A DNA stretch of 64,000 nucleotides, taken from contig OZ251224.1 in NCBI GenBank assembly GCA_965240325.2, positions 3,968,001 through 4,032,000 of the forward strand, written 5' to 3'. The notes below the pieces were generated by a model. That model did not search any database, had not been told where the DNA came from, and was given only the letters and a program-made list of their open reading frames with translations. Source of the DNA: Rebecca billardiae RCC1528. Taxonomy: Eukaryota; Protista; Haptophyta. Position numbers and translations under genes: made by a program. Positions 34,292 to 46,231 of this stretch are shown here, piece after piece. Within the stretch, counting starts at the first letter, position 1. Each line of letters begins with the position of its first letter.

Positions 34292-35928
34292 TCATGTTGT
34301 GTCGTCGTCGAGCTCCTTTTCGATGAAGACGCGCTCGAGTCTCTCCAGCTTCTCGTGCAGCGCCTCGTTCTCGCGCTTCACGTCGTCGTAGGAGCGCTGG
34401 AGCAGGTCATTGGAGATGCGCAGGTGCGCATTCTGCTGCCGCAGCTGCAGCAACTCGCGCTCGAGCTCGGCGAGAGCGGCCGCGGACTGCGCCGTCGGCA
34501 GCTGCGCGCTGTGCGCGTGCGCGCCCGGGCCCATGGCGGGCTGCATCGGCGGCGGCGCGGCGTGCAGCGCGCCGAGCTGCTGCGTGAGCGCCATGTTATG
34601 CGCGCGCAGGCCGTGCACCTCCTCGCGCAGGCTCTTCAGCGACGCGGCCATCCCCGACGCCTGGCTCAGCTGCACCACAGGCCGGTTCTGGATCTTCTTG
34701 GCCGCGTGCAGGTAGTTGAGCGTGTGCGTCGACTCGTCTGCGGACAGGGCGGCGGGCGAGACGCAGCCGATCATCATCGCGATGCTGCTGCCGCCGAGCG
34801 AGTCGGCGAGCAGCTTGGTCAGCTTCGAGTCGCGGTAGGGCACGTGCCCCGCCGGCCGCCCCGACTCGAAATGCGCCGAGAGTGCCGCGATCACCTGGCC
34901 GAGCACCAGCAGCGAGCGGTTGATGTGAGCGGTCTCGCGCGCCTGCCCGCCGACTGAGCCGGACTGCTGCAGCCGCTCCGAGCCCGCCAGGTCGACGAAG
35001 GAGAGGCGGCCGTGCGTCTCCACGGCGTGCGCCACGCCGGGCGCGCCCGCGTGCTCGTCGAGCGCGATCTCCTCCCTCGACGTGAGCTGCACCTGCATGA
35101 TCGAGTGCGAGCGCGACGAGTCCTTGTTCAGCTGGTGCGAGCCGACCTGCGGCGCAGTCCACAGCCGTCACGCGCGGCGGGGCGCCGGAGCGCGCGGCGC
35201 GCGCGCGCGCGCGGCGTCGGCAGGGGTGTCAGACTGCCAGCCCGCGACCCGGCGGCCGGACACGCGCGCGGCGCCGCGGCCGACAGCCGCGCGCGCACCG
35301 TGCGGTTCTTCGTGCCCTCCCTGAAGACCATCATGAGCTCGTCGACCGTCTCGCAGTCGACCACCAGCAGCCCCTCGACGAAGAAGCCCTGCTGCGCGTT
35401 CCAGCGGATGGGCAGGCCGGTCGACGCGGGGTTGAGGAGGTCGTTGATCTGCTCGTTGTAGATCTCCAGGTACGACGCGGACACCGCGTACGACACGCCC
35501 GCCCGGCCGGACCTGTGCGCGTCGAGCGCGTTGAAGAGGTAGCGCACAGCGCGCGGGATGATGCCGTCGCCCGCGCTGCCCTCCGCGGAGGCGGCGCGGT
35601 CGGCGATGCCCTCGGGGCCGGACATGGTGAAGGTCTTGCCCGACCCCGTCTGCCCGTACGCGAAGACCGTGGCCGCGTACCCCTGCAGCGCCGCGTCGAG
35701 CAGCTGGCGCATGTCGGTGCGCTCAAACACGTGCTGCTGGTTGGACCCGCCCAGCGCCGCGTCAAAGGTGAGCTGCCGCGGCCCCACCTGCACGGTGCGG
35801 TCGTCCAGGCAGCGCACAGACTCGCTGTCACCACGCGCGCGCTCCATCTCGCTCGGCGGCCGCACGCGCGCGACCACGGTGATGCCGGAGGCTCTTCCTG
35901 GCGGACCGTTGCTCATGGCGGCCGCCAT
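34292..35928 (-). CDS. Kinesin motor protein, KIF12-like; exons 35928-35299, 35146-34292
   Basis: VARVRP, FAYGQTGSGKT, YLEIYNE, NKDSSRSH (restored by intron 35147-35298), FVDLAGSE, HVPYRDSKLTKLLADSLGG; PIRWN..GFFVE resembles KIF12. Confidence 0.93.
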
Positions 35929-36118
35929 CGTGTCGCTGAGCACACTCAGCGACCGCGCGACGATTCGATGCTTTCGGCTTTCCTTTGTCACTGTATCGAA
36001 GGGACATTACACAGTCAAGGCACTCGGTGTATCGGTCAGTGGTTTGAGGTTGGGTGAGGGTGGTGGTTGGTTGGGGGCTGGCCAGGGTAGGGCTGGAGGC
36101 TTCGGCCGCCAGTCTGAT

Positions 36119-36152
36119 CACCCGGAGCCCGTTATAAAGGGGAATTTAAAAA
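36119..36152. mobile_element. Solo left end of CAC-ended MITE family C
   Basis: CACCCGGAGCCCGTTATAAAGGGGAATTTAAAAA is identical to 9802-9835. Confidence 0.7.
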
Positions 36153-36503
36153 AACAGCACGGTCTACTACTGGTAGCTACTTTAGCTAGTAGTACAATTA
36201 TAAGCACGACTACGACTGGATCTTGACGATGACCAACGGGGCGGTCAGACGTGACCAAGGCTGTTGATTCAGATATTGATCAGACTTCAGACCATTGTCC
36301 AGCCTATACCAGTAGCATTCACACATGATATATGTGATGATGATAGTAACGGTCATCCCGGCGGCGCGGTGAGGGCGGCGCGTCGTCGTCCGGAGTCGCC
36401 TCCGTGCCCTCCGTCGCCTCGCGCGCCGCGCGTTCACGAATCACGATCAGTGCGGAGCCCTGCAGACGCATGGTTCACAGTCTGGCTTCGTCAGGGCCTG
36501 CTG

Positions 36504-39500
36504 TCATGAGAGGGTCGGCGGGGAAGCCAGGCCGTCGTCCACTGCCGCGGGGCTCACCAGGCCGTAGTGGGCGGGCATGCGCTCCCTGCGCCTCGGCGGC
36601 GAGTCTGGGTCGGAGTCGATGACGTCCGACTCCGAGGCGGTGGCCCCCACCATCGAGCCGCTCGGGTGCATCGCCTTGATCGCAGCCCACGAGCCAGATG
36701 CGGCGAGGCCGGAGCGCTGCCGCATCCGCTGAGACCACGTGAGCTCGGCGCCAGAGGCCGCCAGCCCGGACTGCGCGCGCCGCCGCCGCGGCGCAGGCTG
36801 TGCAGGCTCCGACGCCGCCGGCGCCGCCGCGAGCGCCGCGGAGCGCTGCTCGGCAAGCGCCGCGCGCTTCGCCGCGAGCGTCTTCAGCACCGCCTTCTGC
36901 ACCGCGGGCAGGTAGCCGTGCACCGTCTCGTTGAAGCCCTCGACCGTCGCGAGCTCGACCGCGCGCAGCAAGTGCGCGTCCTCCAGCTCCGTGCGCGCGC
37001 GCGCGTACACGCAGTGGAACGCGTCGATCGAGGAGATGGTCAGGTTGAGCGCGCGCTCGTCCGACCCGACAGCCAGCACGTGCACGTCGTCGAGCGAGCC
37101 GCCGATCGCGCGCCACGCGTACAGCTCCATCGCCGCCCAGAGCCGGTCGACCAGCGTCGGCCCCCACAGCACGAGCAGGCTGTGCGCGCTCGCGAGGTGC
37201 AGCGGCATGCGCGCCACGTGCGCGCTCGGCTCGAGCGTCGCGTCCGCGCTGAGCTCGTCCAGCCACACGCACGGAGGCCGGCCGTGCTCGGCCGCAAAGT
37301 CGCGCGCCCAGCGCGAGAGCGCGAGCCGCTTCTCGTCCGCGTCGTCGTGATGCGAGTGCACCACGTACGCGTCCACGTGCGCCGCGCCCGCGGCCGCGCC
37401 TCCGGGCGAGGCGGCGGCGTTGAGCCAGCTCGGTCTCCCCGGGCGGCGCAGGCTGGAGCGCCGGCCGGGGCGCGCGCCCAGCATTGGCGCGCTGTTCTTG
37501 CGCTGGGCCACGGGGCTGCCAGCGCACGGGCTGGCGCAGCCGCTCCCCGCCGACCTCCAGCGGCTGGGCACGGCCTCCGCCTTGCGCGCGGGCAGCTCCG
37601 GCGAGGGCACGAGGGCGGAGGGGCGCCGCCTGCCACCGGGCAGCTCGGGCGACGACAGAGTCATCCACCCGGGCAGCGCGCTCGGTCGCTCCTCGGACGG
37701 GCGGCCGCTGCCGCTGCCGCGGCCATGGCCACGCACAGCGGCATGCTCCTCGGACGGGCGGCCGCTGCAGGATGGGCGGCCGCTGCCACCCCAGCTTGGG
37801 TCGCTGGGCGCGGTAGCCTGCGGCTCTGAGGAGCCGGCACCACTGCCACAGCTCGCGGCACTGCTCCGCGCCACCCTGCGCTCCTCGGACGCGCGGCCGG
37901 AGCCGCGCGATGAGCCCAGGCGGAAGCAGCCGCGCTCCTCCGAGGGCCGGCCAGAGCTGAGCGTGCGCCGGCCTGCGCGGCTGCCCGCCTGCTGCTTGGC
38001 GCTGGCCTGAGCGCCGGGCGTGCCCAAGGCCGCAGCCGAGCCGGCTTCGCTGAGACAGCCAAGGCGGCGGGGCAGTGGGGACGTGCCTGCGCCCGGCGGA
38101 GGGCCCGGCGTCTCGCCACTCGCCTCCTCAGCGCGCGCGCTCAGCGCACGCTCCGCGCTCACGACGCTGCGCGCGCCAGTGGCCGGAGGCGTCGTTGATG
38201 AGCCCGACGGCTGTGCGTCCCGAGCGGCCAGGACCATCGGCTGGCTGAGCAGCGAGAGCGAGCACACGGGCGAAGCCACCGCCTCATGCACCGCGGTGGC
38301 CTGCGACGCACTAGCGCCGCCCCGCGCGCGGCTCGCGCCGCTCGACGGGCTGCCGCCACCTGCGCCTGCGCCCGCGCCGTCCGCCTCCGCCTCCGCCTCC
38401 GCCGCCTCCTCCTCCTCCTCCTCGCTGCATCCCTCCTCCGTCACCTCCACCGCATCGACGCGCGTACTGAGCCGCCGCCTGCTGGCCGCGGGCGTGCCGA
38501 GCCCGCGCGCGGCCGTCGCGCCGAAGAGCGAGTGCAGCGTGCGCGCCTCGAGCGGCACGGCGCGCATCGAGCCGACGCCCACGGCGCACAGACGCTTGAG
38601 CTCGAGCGGCGACAGCGCGTCGGCGCGCAGGCTGCGCGCGCTGGCGGCCGCGCCGCCCGCGCCCTGCGCGCTGACGAGCGCCGCGAGGGAGGCGTGCGCG
38701 CCGCGCGCGTGCGAGCTGTGCAGCAGCGCCGACACCAGCCGACGGCGAACGCGCGCCGATACCATCACGAGCGCAGGCGGGAGCGTGAGCGCGAGCAGGC
38801 CGAGCCGCGCGCCCAGCAGCCACGCGCGCCCCTCGAAGGAGCCGGTGGCCGCGCCGACGCCCAGCGCCGCGCCCTCGAGCAGCGCCACGCCGGCCGCCTC
38901 GAGCCCGACGGACGCGGCGCCCCCCTCCATCAGCCGGTACGAGCGGCCCCAGTGCCGCGCGAGCGCGCAGGCCCAGCCGAGAGCTGCGCACGCGTGCGCG
39001 GCGGCAGCGCCGACGCCGAGCGCACAGATCGCCACCTCGGCCGGCCGCGCCAGCGGCTCGCTCGCCGAGCTGCCCAGCTCGGCGGACAGCTTGGCGACGG
39101 CCGCGCCCGCGGCGGCGCCGCCGAGCGCGAGCGCCACCAGCCGCATGTGCACGAGGTGCGCCTGCACCGCCGGCGCGGCGAGCGTGGCGAGGACAGAGCA
39201 GAGAGTGCCCAGCGTCGCGAGCAGCCCGGCGCGCAGCGCGTGCGCATCGTCGGCGGCCTCGACGGCGTGCTCTGCCAGCCCGAGGCTTCGCGCGGAGAGC
39301 GCGCGGTCGACGCAGAAGGCGACGAGCAGCAGAGGCACCGCCGCCGCCGCGCAGCCGCTCGCGCCGGCCGCCGCCGCGCCCGGCTGCCGGCTCGCCTCTG
39401 CGCGCGCGTTCTCGAGCAGAGCGACGATCTCATCGAGACTCATCGCGCCGTGCTTGCCCGTGAGCGCGCCGACGCGCCTGCCGGCCTGCAGCGGAGACGC

Positions 39501-41417
39501 GGTCAAGCTCGCGCCGCCGCCGCCCTTCCCGGGCGCGGGGTTGCCGCCCACGTCCAGGGGGTTGACCCCGGCCGCGCTGACGAGGCTGACGACGGAGTTG
39601 GTGCGCGACACGCCGTTGGAGGCGCGGCTGCTCGCGCGAGACATCCGGTTCGAGCCGCCGTTCGGAGCAGCGCCCACGTCGCGCGCGTGGAGCATCTGCC
39701 AGCGCTCTGTCAACGGCGCCGGCGACACCGCGCCTCCCACCGCGCTCGCGGACCACGCTGGCGGCTCGTTCGGATCCTGCGGCTGCAGCTGCGCGCCCGC
39801 CTCCGCCGTCGCCAGCACCACGTCGTGGTAGACCGACCTGCAGCGCGCGGAAGGAAGGAAGGACGGGAGAGGAGGGCATGCGACGGCGCAGCTGAGCGTG
39901 CGCGTGTCGGGACGGGGCGCACGGCGGGGCGCCGGCGCCCGTCGCGTGCCGCGCCCGTCGCGTGGCGGGTGCGCGCGCGCGGCGCGCACCGGAGCAGCGA
40001 GAGCACTTCGCTCACGTTGATGGTCTGCTGCCCGGACAGGTACAGCCGGTGGCACGCGCCGTTGATGCGCACCGTCTCGGCCGGCGGGAAGAGCTCGCGC
40101 GTGCGCGGCAGCGCCGTCATCAGCGCCACCACGTCGTACGGCTTGACGTACCCGTTGAGGAACTCCTGAATCGCCGAGCTCTCGACCAGCTGCGCGAGGC
40201 CCTCCTGCTCGAACTCGTCCCCGGCGACGCCGCAGAAGGTCTCAAAGTACCACTGCTTGGTGCAGCGCGCGGGCAGCTCGCCTCTGCACAGCCGCTGCCA
40301 CAGCCCCTCGAGCCCGAGGAACTGCGCGCTGGAGAGGTACGCCATCACCTGCGCACGCGACGCGGCAGACGCGGCACACGGCACCCAGCAGGCACGGGCG
40401 CGCGGCGGGCCGGCCGCGCAGGTCGGCAAGTGAGCGCGAGGGCGAGGGCGAGCGCGCGCGCGCCTGTCCGCCTGACTGTCTGCCCTCCCTCGGTCCGAAG
40501 CAGCCCCAGACCAACAGGCCTGCCTGCGTACGCAGCGGCGGCGGGCGGTGGCGCGCGCCGTGCGCTCGCGCGCACCGGGCAGTACGTGCGCTCGGCAAAG
40601 CTGCGCGCCAGCTGCATCGGCAGCATCGGCACCGCGTGCCGGCTCGTGACGCTGAGCGGCACGCCGTGCGCGAAGCAAAAGTCGTACACGGCCTGCGCCG
40701 CCTCCACGTCAAAGCCGTTGTTCACGGACGAATCCGCGCGCCAGCCGTGCGTCGCGGAGGCGTCGCGCTCGAGCCCAGCCTGCACGGCCACGTGGCGAAC
40801 CCTGCTGCGCACGAGTGCCGCCTCCTCGGCGATCGCGTCCGCAAAGTCGCGCAGGGAGCTGATGAGCACAACCGTCAGGCCCGCTGGCGGCGCGGCTCGC
40901 AGCGTGGAGAGCAGCAGCTCGTGGCCACGGACGAGCCGCCCGGCATCGACGGATTCGTACCCATCGAGGCGATACTCGTGCGGCTGCGGTTCCAGCGCGT
41001 GCCCCTGCGAGCCCACGCCCACGGGCACGTCGACCCCAATATGGTCGAGCACGCACAGCGCCAGCCGAGCGCGGGCCTCGGCCTGACCGCCACCGTTGCA
41101 CACGACCGCGCGCAGAACGACCTCGCCCTGCTTGTGCAGCACGCCAAGGACCAGCAGTGCTTTGATATCGTCCGGATCCGGCCCCTGCAGATCGGCGCGG
41201 TGGCGCGCAGCGCGGGACGTGAGCGCGAGTGCGTTGGCACGCCGCCGCGCCGTGCACGCGCACAGACGGCCGCACATACCGGGTCGGTGACGAGCAGGAT
41301 GTCCGGCGGGATGCGCTTGCGCGCGCCGAGCGTCCACGGGCGGGGCCGGCCCTTCACCCAACTGCCATCACCAGGCGGCGGGTCGCCACCCGCCGGGCTG
41401 ACGTGCGCGCGCCCCAT
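36504..41417 (-). CDS. 1479-aa fusion: nucleoside-hydrolase-fold (HopQ1/XopQ-like) domain + ~6 TM helices + C-terminal TIR-like domain; exons 41417-41280, 41184-40576, 40348-39990, 39837-36504
   Basis: Three GT-AG introns give a 4440-nt in-frame CDS. NH motifs LLVTDP/GPDPDD, VPVGVG, NN.FD.EAA..VY, PYD. TIR-like DAYVVHSHHDD..VWLD..LLVLWGPTLVDRLWAAMEL. Confidence 0.82.
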
Positions 41418-41985
41418 GTGGTCGGGAGCCTCGAGGGGCACGCTCGGCAGCGGGGCTCTCCTCTGCTGAGCGTCCTCTGCTGAGCGTGACGTCAATTTTA
41501 TAGCGCGCATCAGCCCAGGGATGTACATCAGCGTGGAGAATCGGCAAGCCCTCCATACAGGTAAATACTTTACTGCTGCACGGTATTCCGTATTCATCGT
41601 AAGCGACCAGCGCATATTGGAGGATAGTTAGCAACATTTCGACCTGAGTAAAAAGATGCGATCTTCGTCAAGCCAGCGGTTCCTTGGGTGCTGGGGGTGA
41701 ATTCCTCGCGTATTTCACCTCGTGGGTATTCAACGATTGCTATTCATATTCTGAATTATGATGGTGTCCCGACACTTCCAAACTTCGCAACGCGCCTCTA
41801 CAGGTAATTCGTTGGTCACTTGAGCAAGATTCTATCCGAAAATTTTGTCAACAGCTTGACGAGAAGGAATCGTTCATAATCGATATTTTGACGAACGTTC
41901 ATCCGATTTTGTCATAACCGATGTGGTGGATCATATCTCTATTAATTGGGTATTAGATGCCGGGTCTATCAGTTTTCCGGCGGCG

Positions 41986-42078
41986 CTACCATCGGCGACG
42001 GCTTCATGGGCGGTGACAGTTGGCGGGCGTCAATCTCGCCTGCCTGAGCTGTGTGCGTCTCTTATTCTTAGTAAACTG
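41986..42078. mobile_element. Partial copy (body + right TIR) of mariner-type MITE family D
   Basis: Near-identical to 61536-61632; ends TGCGTCTCTTATTCTTAGTAAACTG|TA. Confidence 0.75.
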
Positions 42079-42126
42079 TAACGGGCGCCAAGCATCACGG
42101 CGCAAGTCCGTAACCGTTTCTGCACG

Positions 42127-42804
42127 ATGGCGCATCCCGAGCTCCTCGCGCCCGCTAATGCGTTCGTCCACGATGGACCGTTCGGCGGGCCGGCGTGGCC
42201 GGTGACGACCTATACGGTGCAACGATCGCTTAAAACATCGTCGGCCGACTGCCGCGTCGGTTTCGAACCAGCATCGGCCGCGCACCTCGCAGCTGCTTCG
42301 CGCCGACGCCTCGTGGAGCTGCGCACCGCACGGCCACTTGCCGAGCGCCCGCCGGCGAGCTTGCCCGCGGGGCTTGATGGCTCTGGTACGTGGGTCAGCG
42401 ACTCGCCTGTCGTTGCAGACGCGCTCGCACACCTGCCATGGCGCTCTCCGGACACGCAGCGGGAATCTGACCGCATCCAAGTCCTGCAGCAGGACAAGGC
42501 AACTGGCCAATTGGACCTCACTGGGTCGGGAGATGGGGTTTGCCCGAACTGCTCAGCCACGCGGCGTGAACTCGATGGGCTACGTGAGCGGTGTGATACT
42601 CTCGAGTACGAGCTGGCACGCGCGCGCGTGCTCGTGGACAGCGCCGCGCAAGCCAGGCGATCCTCGGCGCGGCGCGCCCGATCTGCCGGGCGGCGAAGGG
42701 GACCAGTGATGCAGCAATCTGCTGAGAAGCCTCCGACGACTCGCGCTGCCAGGCGGGTCTCGCCTTCACACAGACCGGGTCGCCGCCCGGCGTGGACCAG
42801 GTGA
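42127..42804 (+). CDS. Hypothetical protein with CxxC and short coiled coil
   Basis: ATG-initiated 225-aa ORF containing CPNCSATRRELDGLRERCDTLEYELARARVL; followed by 3'-type intergenic DNA. Confidence 0.4.
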   Translation: MAHPELLAPANAFVHDGPFGGPAWPVTTYTVQRSLKTSSADCRVGFEPASAAHLAAASRRRLVELRTARPLAERPPASLPAGLDGSGTWVSDSPVVADALAHLPWRSPDTQRESDRIQVLQQDKATGQLDLTGSGDGVCPNCSATRRELDGLRERCDTLEYELARARVLVDSAAQARRSSARRARSAGRRRGPVMQQSAEKPPTTRAARRVSPSHRPGRRPAWTR

Positions 42805-43166
42805 ACCAAAACGAAATACTAGGGTCGCCGACAGACCGGACGACAGGCGCGGCACGTACTGCCATCCGCGCAGCCGCGCCGCCCGGCGCGCGCGCCGGCC
42901 GCGGCGGGGCACTGGCGGCCACTGGAGACTGAGTGTAGTGTTAAATCGCAGGCCCGACTGCTAGTCGTATTCTCAGTACGGCACCTGGTCCTGTAACTCT
43001 GTTCAGCGAGACTGACAGTCATTAGCGCCAGCAGAACTAGCAGACTGAGAAACAGCGCGGTACTCCTGACGAGAGTCCGACTACAGTATCCGATCCGTCG
43101 TACTGTCAGTGTCACTACTGACGAACTATATACGGTGGCCGGTTCAGATCCAGGCCCGTAGGGCCG

Positions 43167-43623
43167 TAGTGGGGTCAGCCGAGCTCCGACCGTTACACTC
43201 TCGGGTGCCACAATCTCCCGAAATCTCTTAGCATGAACTATAACACGGATATATATTTACTTCAAGGACGAACTAGTTAGTAGGCGTTAAGGCTTAATTC
43301 CAGGGTGTAGAATCCGCCTGTGCCAATTTCAGACTGCCAAAATGTGATCTAGACGGTGCGATTCTGGTGCAAATGGCGAGATCACCTTGGAGACCGTGTA
43401 TCTCCCCTACTAATGTTGCCGAGATCGCGTCGAGATTGAGGTCGTATATATCTCCAGTATGTGACATTTTTTCGCAAAACTTGTCAGCGTGACCCCAGCT
43501 TATTTCAGGCGAATATTGACATCCCGAAGTTTGAGAGCCTCATCTCAAGACGACAGGAAGTTGGATTTTGGGCCACTCACCCCCCTGCCCCCAGTCACCA
43601 GTGGCGGGGCTCTGACCCCTCTA
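43167..43623. mobile_element. MITE family A, copy 2 (inverted relative to copy 1)
   Basis: Full-length reverse-complement homology to 1964-2407; TAGTGGGGTCAG...CTGACCCCTCTA termini; no TSD retained. Confidence 0.9.
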
Positions 43624-43875
43624 TCTAGACTTATCAGCAGAGACCGCGGGACGGTATCGAGCTCAAGTGGTAACAGCCATAGGCACTAAACGGATGACTC
43701 ATCGGTCATCGGACCTCAGTTCTAAAATTCAAAATTGACGGCGCGGAGAGAGTCAATGCTAGTCAGAGAGCCGCAGACGCAGTCGCAGTCAGACTACAGT
43801 ACTCAGCAGTACTCAGAGACTCAGATGAGATCTCCAGGATCTAGCCAGGCGGGCGGTAATACTGTAGTACTAATA

Positions 43876-44197
43876 CAGAGCCCCGCCCGACTGTGGCCAT
43901 GGGGTGTACGTGGCCCCGCAAAATGAAAATCCAACTTTCTGTCGTCTTGAGATGAGGCTCTCAAACGAATTGTTCGGGCGGATGTCAATATTCGCCTGAA
44001 GTGTAACCCGAATGGGGGCACGCTGGTCCAACAAGTTTGCCCGTTTGGCCAAAAAAGTCCGACCGGACATACTGGAGATATACGACCTCAATCTCGACGC
44101 GATCTCGGCAACATTAGCAGGGGAGATAGTTGTTTCGAGATTATTTCGGGAGATTGTGTAACTCGGGAGTGTAACCGTCGGAGCTCTGACCCCACTA
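43876..44197. mobile_element. MITE family A, copy 3 (internally deleted, left end decayed)
   Basis: Matches 1973-2180 and 2350-2407 with many short insertions; ends GAGCTCTGACCCCACTA. Confidence 0.85.
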
Positions 44198-44217
44198 AGA
44201 GAGATCGAGCAGAGTAA

Positions 44218-44224
44218 GAGAGAA

Positions 44225-44315
<91 letters not shown>
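44218..44315. repeat. (GA)n microsatellite
   Basis: Directly visible. Confidence 0.95.
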
Positions 44316-44317
<2 letters not shown>

Positions 44318-45076
44318 GCCAGAGAGCAGAGCAGACGAGTCACGAGACTGCGACTGAGCCTGAGGAGCCCTACTGTCAGAGAGACGAGGACGAATACTTC
44401 GTCTGAGCCGTGCCTAGTGCCTACTCACGGCTTACATAATGGCCCGCGGTGCAGGGCGGAGCGCGCAGCGTGGAGCCCGCACCAGCGGGCCCGAACCACG
44501 TTTCAAAAAGATCTTTGATCAAGAAAAAGGGACGCGGGGGCCGATTTTTAGGGCTGGCGGAGACCGAGTTTCGAATTTTGAGACCCTCTCTACAGATGCA
44601 TCACGGAGAAAAAAACCGCGCCCACGACATTCCCCTAATCAATCGTGGACGGCCGGGCGTGAGAGTTCACTTCTGTGTGAAGTAGGACGGTTACAAGTCC
44701 AATACAAGCGTCAGCTTCTTTGAGGCTATATTTGCACGTCCTTACGGGATCAGCGAAGTAACCAACCGATATATATTGGCTTCGTCGGGGTCGTATTCAC
44801 TACTGGAGAACATTTGCACCGCGCTTCGTCTTCATATGTATGGTTCACACAGGCATAAAGTCGCTTCGTCGGGGTCGTATCCACTATACTGGAGAACATC
44901 ATTTGCACCGCTTCGTTTTCATACATTGTAATATGTATATATATGGTTCGTGGACTGCTACGGGGTCGAGCAGAATATCATCGATATTCATCAGGCGCAC
45001 GTGTGCGTATTCATCATCAGCCTTCGGGAATTGGGAGTAGCTATTGGCCTTTTGCCCTCTGGCGAGCCAGTTGTGC

Positions 45077-46169
45077 CAAGGGTGGTCAGGGTCGCCGACT
45101 CCAGCGGAGGCCGGCGCCGGAGGTTCACCTCCGATTTTTTGGAGCGGCGCGGCGCGCGGGGCCGCCGCCGCTGTGGCGGGCCGCTCGGGGTGTGCACGGC
45201 GTGGGCTCGTGCGGCCGCTGCCGCGCACGCCGAGCGATCCGGCGCGGGCTCGCGGCTTGTCGATGGCCTCGCGCGCCGCAGCGCGCCGCAGCGCGACGCG
45301 CGCCTTGCCTAGCTTCGCCTGTCTCGCGCCTTGGCCGCCGTGCACGCGTGCGCCGCCAAACCGCAAGCTCGGCATAGCTCTCAGCCGAGCGTGCACGTGC
45401 CTTGCGCGACGCGACGCGGGCATTGCCGGCGGGTGATGTAGCCGTAGTGCGAGCGCGCGTCGTGAAGCCTCGACGCGGATCGTGAGTGTCTTCAACGTCT
45501 CGGTCAGCTGTCGACAACAGCTGACGGCACCAACCACAAATGGACACCACGGTCCTCCGTTGAACGACTCTCAGGGCTATCGCGACGCTGCAACTCGTGA
45601 AGACTAGTCGAGCGTTGTTGTCAAGAAGACACACGCCACTATGTCATGCGTGCGGGCCTTGCGTGACGATGCGACATGACGATCGCCCCGGCAAGAGAGT
45701 CAGTCGTCAAGCTTTCAGCACTGCTCAACGCACAGACGGTCCACGCGCGTACGCGGCATCGTCTCATTGCTCTCGATCCGCGCCGAGGCTTCACGACGCG
45801 CGCTCGCACTACGGCTACATCGCCCGCCGGCAATGCCCGCGTCGCGTCGCGCAAGGCACGTGCACGCTCGGCTGAGAGCTATGCCGAGCTTGCGGTTTGG
45901 CGGCGCACGCGTGCACGGCGGCCAAGGCGCGAGACAGGCGAAGCTAGGCAAGGCGCGCGTCGCGCTGCGGCGCGCGAGGCCATCGACAAGCCGCGAGCCC
46001 GCGCCGGATCGCTCGGCGTGCGCGGCAGCGGCCGCACGAGCCCACGCCGTGCACGCCCCGAGCGGCCCGCCACAGCGGCGGCGGCCCCGCGCGCCGCGCC
46101 GCTCCAAAAAATCAGAGGTGAACCTCCGGCGCCGGCCTCCGCTGGAGTCGGCGACCCTGACCACCCTTG
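45077..46169. mobile_element. Foldback element FB2 (P-superfamily/Galileo-like), 1093 bp, nested in element Y
   Basis: ~400-bp TIRs (45077-45482 / 45774-46169) starting CAAGGGTGGTCAGGGTC; 291-bp spacer; 7-bp TSD GTTGTGC on both sides. Confidence 0.88.
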
Positions 46170-46231
46170 GTTGTGCGCACTTGAGCAGGCCTTGAGCAGG
46201 CTCGAGGCCACTTTTTTGCGCTCACGTGGAC

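Noticed and set aside
30231-41417. CPPED1-like phosphoesterase plus NH-TIR gene as a nucleotide-signalling cluster
   Set aside because: They are separated by a transposon and a kinesin; eukaryotic adjacency alone gives no support.
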